Assembly (NCBI GenBank): GCA_965230895.1
Contig: OZ246394.1
Location: 1,185,887-1,249,886, forward strand
Direction of reading: 5' to 3'
DNA: 64,000 bases
Origin: an uncultured Gammaproteobacteria bacterium
GTDB taxonomy: Bacteria; Patescibacteriota; Microgenomatia; Levybacterales; UBA12049
Of the stretch, positions 60,680-64,000 are shown piece by piece. Position numbers and translations under genes: made by a program. Each line of letters begins with the position of its first letter. The first letter of the stretch is position 1. Under the pieces are notes generated by a model that was not told the DNA's origin, made no database searches, and worked only from the letters and a program-made list of their open reading frames with translations.

Positions 60680-61354
60680 ATGAACGCTAATTTTTTGTCT
60701 AAATCGATCAATTTTATAAAAGGAAATAAAGCCATTGTAATAGCTGTAGCATTAGTTATTTTATTCATTTATATTTTAGTTGTTTCAATTACTGCAACAT
60801 CTTCACAAAAGAATCCAAGAGATCCAAACTCCCCTGATCCAACAAGAAGTTCATCTTCCGGAGGAGGACCAGTCCCAACAGCATCAAAGGATGTTTCCAT
60901 ATACGAGCCGAACACAGTTTGGCAACCCACAAGATTTTCAGAGAGTAGTATCCAAAACGTTTTAATTGAAAAAACACAATTAAACGATGGTTCGACAAAA
61001 TACAAATATCAATCTGAAGATCCAAAAAGACCCAATGAACTAATCGTTAAAGATAATGAAGTTATTTATCAACGAACTGTTATAAAGAACAAATACATAT
61101 ATAACTATACCAATACTCTTGGCGCTCCAGACTTTGTTTTTGAAAGTTCAAAATATTATGGTCCAAGTACAATGATTTATGTCTATCTTAAGAGCGGGAC
61201 AGCATTTGTAGCAGACGATAAGACAACAATTGTAAAAGAGCAATTATCTTTTAAACCAACTTCTTTTGAGCAATTTCGAGACAAATATGGAGACGATATT
61301 GCTGATTACAAGATTATACCAACACTTCCAGATGAAGATTTTGCACGACCATAG
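60680..61354 (+). CDS. Membrane-anchored protein, family B (paralog of 61993..62646)
   Basis: N-terminal TM, Ser/Pro linker; DGS..Y...S..P.R...IVK, YGP.T.IY.Y...GTA. Confidence 0.8.
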   Translation: MNANFLSKSINFIKGNKAIVIAVALVILFIYILVVSITATSSQKNPRDPNSPDPTRSSSSGGGPVPTASKDVSIYEPNTVWQPTRFSESSIQNVLIEKTQLNDGSTKYKYQSEDPKRPNELIVKDNEVIYQRTVIKNKYIYNYTNTLGAPDFVFESSKYYGPSTMIYVYLKSGTAFVADDKTTIVKEQLSFKPTSFEQFRDKYGDDIADYKIIPTLPDEDFARP

Positions 61355-61360
61355 AATCAT

Positions 61361-61990
61361 ATGCTCATAAGATATATTATTGCCATTGTAATATCATTAA
61401 GTCTTCTTGTTATGCTGCCTATAATTGATATCCCCTCTTATGCCGCTGTAAAGGCATGTTTCTTAACCAAGATTGGACCCAATGCACCAGCAGACTTTAC
61501 GATGCCTCCAGGATGTGGAGGTGATATAAGTGGAGATGCCAAACAGCTTGCGCAACAAATATTAAATAATCCGAAGATAACTCTCTCTTCTCAAGCACGA
61601 CAAGACATCCAAGCAACAGTCGATGGTAAGCAAATACAGAATTCCGATTCGTGCAACAATGCTGTGAGTTTGAGTCCGGCCTTATTAAAACTTATTCTTC
61701 AAATAGCCCAAACGCATTCATACGACTTAAATTACATAATTACACAGCATGGATGCGATACTGCATATCATCCCAAAGGCAGGGCAATGGATATCGGTAA
61801 AGCCGATGGTCAAAGCAGTTGGCAAAACACACAGTTCCGCCAAGATGTCGCGAATCTTTTACCCGAAGGTGGAGGACTAGGCCAACAAGGTTGTCCTGCA
61901 AGTGCTGGTGTTTCAGGGAAAAATTCTATTCGTCAATTTGCTGATGCATGCACCCACCAGCACGTTGATGTGGGAGCAACAGCACAATAA
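61361..61990 (+). CDS. Secreted M15/LAS-type zinc peptidase-like protein
   Basis: YHPKGRAMDIG (H-x6-D) and HQHV (HxH); signal peptide. Confidence 0.65.
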   Translation: MLIRYIIAIVISLSLLVMLPIIDIPSYAAVKACFLTKIGPNAPADFTMPPGCGGDISGDAKQLAQQILNNPKITLSSQARQDIQATVDGKQIQNSDSCNNAVSLSPALLKLILQIAQTHSYDLNYIITQHGCDTAYHPKGRAMDIGKADGQSSWQNTQFRQDVANLLPEGGGLGQQGCPASAGVSGKNSIRQFADACTHQHVDVGATAQ

Positions 61991-61992
61991 TC

Positions 61993-62646
61993 ATGAGAAA
62001 CTCTTCCAATGTATTTAACTCAATTCTTAAAGGTAATTTTGCATATATACTACTTGGCGGCGCGCTTATAATTCTTCTTCCGATTATCTTTGTCTTCAAT
62101 TCGTATTCTTCTGAAAATTTGAGTAAAGAAGAACCGACACCGACTGGTGAGTCTCAGCAATCAGCATCTGGAGGAAAAGCACCTGCAAACAGAATTTCAC
62201 CAACAAAAAATCCGACAGGCACTACAATCTCTGATGAAAAAAATGCAGTAGAATCAGGACCAGTTTCTTTTTCAAATCTGAGCGAAATTGCAAATGACGC
62301 ACAAAAGCAAACCCAAAGCGATGGATCAGTCATCTATACCTTTGAGTCGCTCCATCCAAATCGATCGGACATGATTATTGTAAAAAATGGATCAATTATT
62401 TTTTCTCGACATGCGGTCGTCGGAGTGGGAGCAAGTGATAAATATAAAAGCCTTTTAGAGAAGCAAGCAAAAACAATCCAAGGCCCAACATTTTACGGAC
62501 CAAATACTTTAATTTATTTCTATGAGAATGGCGGTACAGCACTTATTGCAAATCCTCAAACCGATACAACATATGAAGAATTTACATTTCAACCTCCAGT
62601 ATCACTTGCGGAATTCAATTCTACATATAAGAAATATACTCTATAG
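61993..62646 (+). CDS. Membrane-anchored protein, family B
   Basis: Shares motifs with 60680..61354. Confidence 0.8.
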   Translation: MRNSSNVFNSILKGNFAYILLGGALIILLPIIFVFNSYSSENLSKEEPTPTGESQQSASGGKAPANRISPTKNPTGTTISDEKNAVESGPVSFSNLSEIANDAQKQTQSDGSVIYTFESLHPNRSDMIIVKNGSIIFSRHAVVGVGASDKYKSLLEKQAKTIQGPTFYGPNTLIYFYENGGTALIANPQTDTTYEEFTFQPPVSLAEFNSTYKKYTL

Positions 62647-62654
62647 TTTGAAGA

Positions 62655-63764
62655 TTAACTTTGAACGCGGATTGGCATGATCATATGAAGGTACGATTCA
62701 TCACCTTGAACTTTAAATACACCAGGATTCAACGGTCCAATCATATCAAACGCTAAATCTTTTTCTTCAACATTTGAGAGAACATCTAAGAGATATCGTG
62801 CATTAAATGCAATTTCATTCTCTTCCCCATTTAATTTAGCATCAACACGAACAGTGTTTTCTCCTATAGCGGATGATCCTGAAGAAACAGTGATGTGGTC
62901 CGATGAAAGAGCAAGCTTAATGATATTTGCAGAATCTCGAGCAAAGACTGAACATATTTTTACGGCTTTTAATAATTCATCTTTATCGAAGGAAACACTG
63001 ACTGAGAAGTCTGACGGGATTATCTTTTCAAAATTAGGAAACTCCGCTTCAATTAATCTTCCAATTAAAATTGTATCCTCCTGTTCAAATAGTACCTGAT
63101 TATTTTGTTGCGAGACATACATGGATATATCTTTGTTTTCATCCTTCAGAGAAAGTAATTCTCGGAATACACGCGCTGGAATAATGAATGACGACGCTTC
63201 TGAAGCTTTATTCTCTGAAGTTTTATAATGACGTAGTGAGAGTCTATAACCATCGGTCGCTACAAGAAGAAATCCCTCAGCTTCTTTACGAACTAAGACA
63301 CCTGATAATGCAGGTCGTGTTGTATCAGGACTGGCAGAAAAAACGACTGACGAGAACTCTTTCTTAATATCTTTACCAGATAATGTTGCTAATATTTCTC
63401 CTCGTTCTTCATAAAGCTTAGGGAATTCTTCGCTACTGATTGTTTGAAAGGTACTCTTAGTTCGCTTTGTTTGAACTTCGAGCGTACTATCTTCAGAGGT
63501 TAAGGTTAATACTTCATCAGTTAGTGAATTAATAAGCTCTGTAAATAATTTTGCTGGTACTGTAGTTTCTCCCTCTTCTTCTATCTTCGCTGGACAATAA
63601 GTCTCAATACCTATTTCAAGATCAGTCGTACTTAGTTTTACTTTATCTCCTTTTGCTTCTATCAAAATATTCTGTAGAACGGGTAATTGGCTTTTAGAAG
63701 AGACTGCTTTATTAAGAAACGAAAGTTTATTTTGAAGGTTAGGGGTCAATATCTGTACTTTCAT
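62655..63764 (-). CDS. dnaN: DNA polymerase III subunit beta
   Basis: TDLEIG, RPALSGV, VATDGYRL, FNARYLLD, IMPIR. Confidence 0.97.
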   Translation of the reverse strand: MKVQILTPNLQNKLSFLNKAVSSKSQLPVLQNILIEAKGDKVKLSTTDLEIGIETYCPAKIEEEGETTVPAKLFTELINSLTDEVLTLTSEDSTLEVQTKRTKSTFQTISSEEFPKLYEERGEILATLSGKDIKKEFSSVVFSASPDTTRPALSGVLVRKEAEGFLLVATDGYRLSLRHYKTSENKASEASSFIIPARVFRELLSLKDENKDISMYVSQQNNQVLFEQEDTILIGRLIEAEFPNFEKIIPSDFSVSVSFDKDELLKAVKICSVFARDSANIIKLALSSDHITVSSGSSAIGENTVRVDAKLNGEENEIAFNARYLLDVLSNVEEKDLAFDMIGPLNPGVFKVQGDESYLHMIMPIRVQS

Positions 63765-63799
63765 ATATATCTATTTGTTGTTGTAGTAGTGTATATGGA

Positions 63800-63995
63800 A
63801 ATGTGGAAAAAAGCAATAAGCATCCATCTCATAAGATGTGAATCCCAAGTGGAAGTATAGACTTTGATGTTGTAAATAATAATGTTCTTTGTAGCTGATT
63901 CTATTCACATTTAGATGTGGACAACTTGTTGATGAAATTGGGGGTAAATTGTGGGTAAGTTTTTTATTTAAAGTATTCCCCAAGTTATCCCCGTA
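63800..63995. other. DnaA-box cluster, probable oriC region
   Basis: TTATCCACA-like boxes: TGTGGAAAA 63802, CTATTCACA 63901, TGTGGACAA 63916, TGTGGGTAA 63950, TTATCCCCG 63985, upstream of dnaN. Confidence 0.75.
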
Positions 63996-64000
63996 AAGAT

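Noticed and set aside
44628-62646. Integrative conjugative element
   Set aside because: No integrase, relaxase or duplicated tRNA 3' end seen; promoter style matches the rest of the chromosome
63771-63983. 70-aa ORF upstream of dnaN
   Set aside because: Lies over the DnaA-box cluster; composition not protein-like

Overview
Chromosomal window, most likely from a Patescibacteria/CPR bacterium of the Microgenomates type. This is inferred from gene content: VirB2-like pilins, PrgI and VirB4 with dispersed VirB6/VirD4-like genes, bPH membrane proteins, and pervasive leaderless promoters. Genetic code is 11. The right end holds dnaN and a DnaA-box cluster (oriC flank). Housekeeping genes include trpS, msrA, a mutY-like gene, an RsmB/F methyltransferase, nrdR-nrdJ, gap, gdhA, corA, a class A PBP, rpe, rpiB, smpB-ssrA and comF. 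Features the ORF track misses: (1) two intra-operonic cobalamin riboswitches in an nrdR-nrdJ-pduO-unknown(461 aa)-small Cys-rich ORF(47 aa) operon; (2) a copper-type gene island in which a His/Cys-containing membrane uORF ends in a RAPP ribosome-arrest motif whose codons can base-pair with the Shine-Dalgarno of the downstream ycnI-like gene; (3) five different tRNA-Ser genes within 2.4 kb, including a rare tRNA-Ser(ACU), beside tRNA-Arg(GCG); (4) a tmRNA encoding an unusually long 33-codon tag, next to a ClpP-class protease plus small ORF; (5) a T4SS-like locus ending in an array of peptidoglycan hydrolases interleaved with two families of paralogous membrane-anchored proteins (effector/immunity-like). 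No CRISPR array, integrase, transposase or relaxase was seen. All calls come from reading the sequence; no database searches were run.
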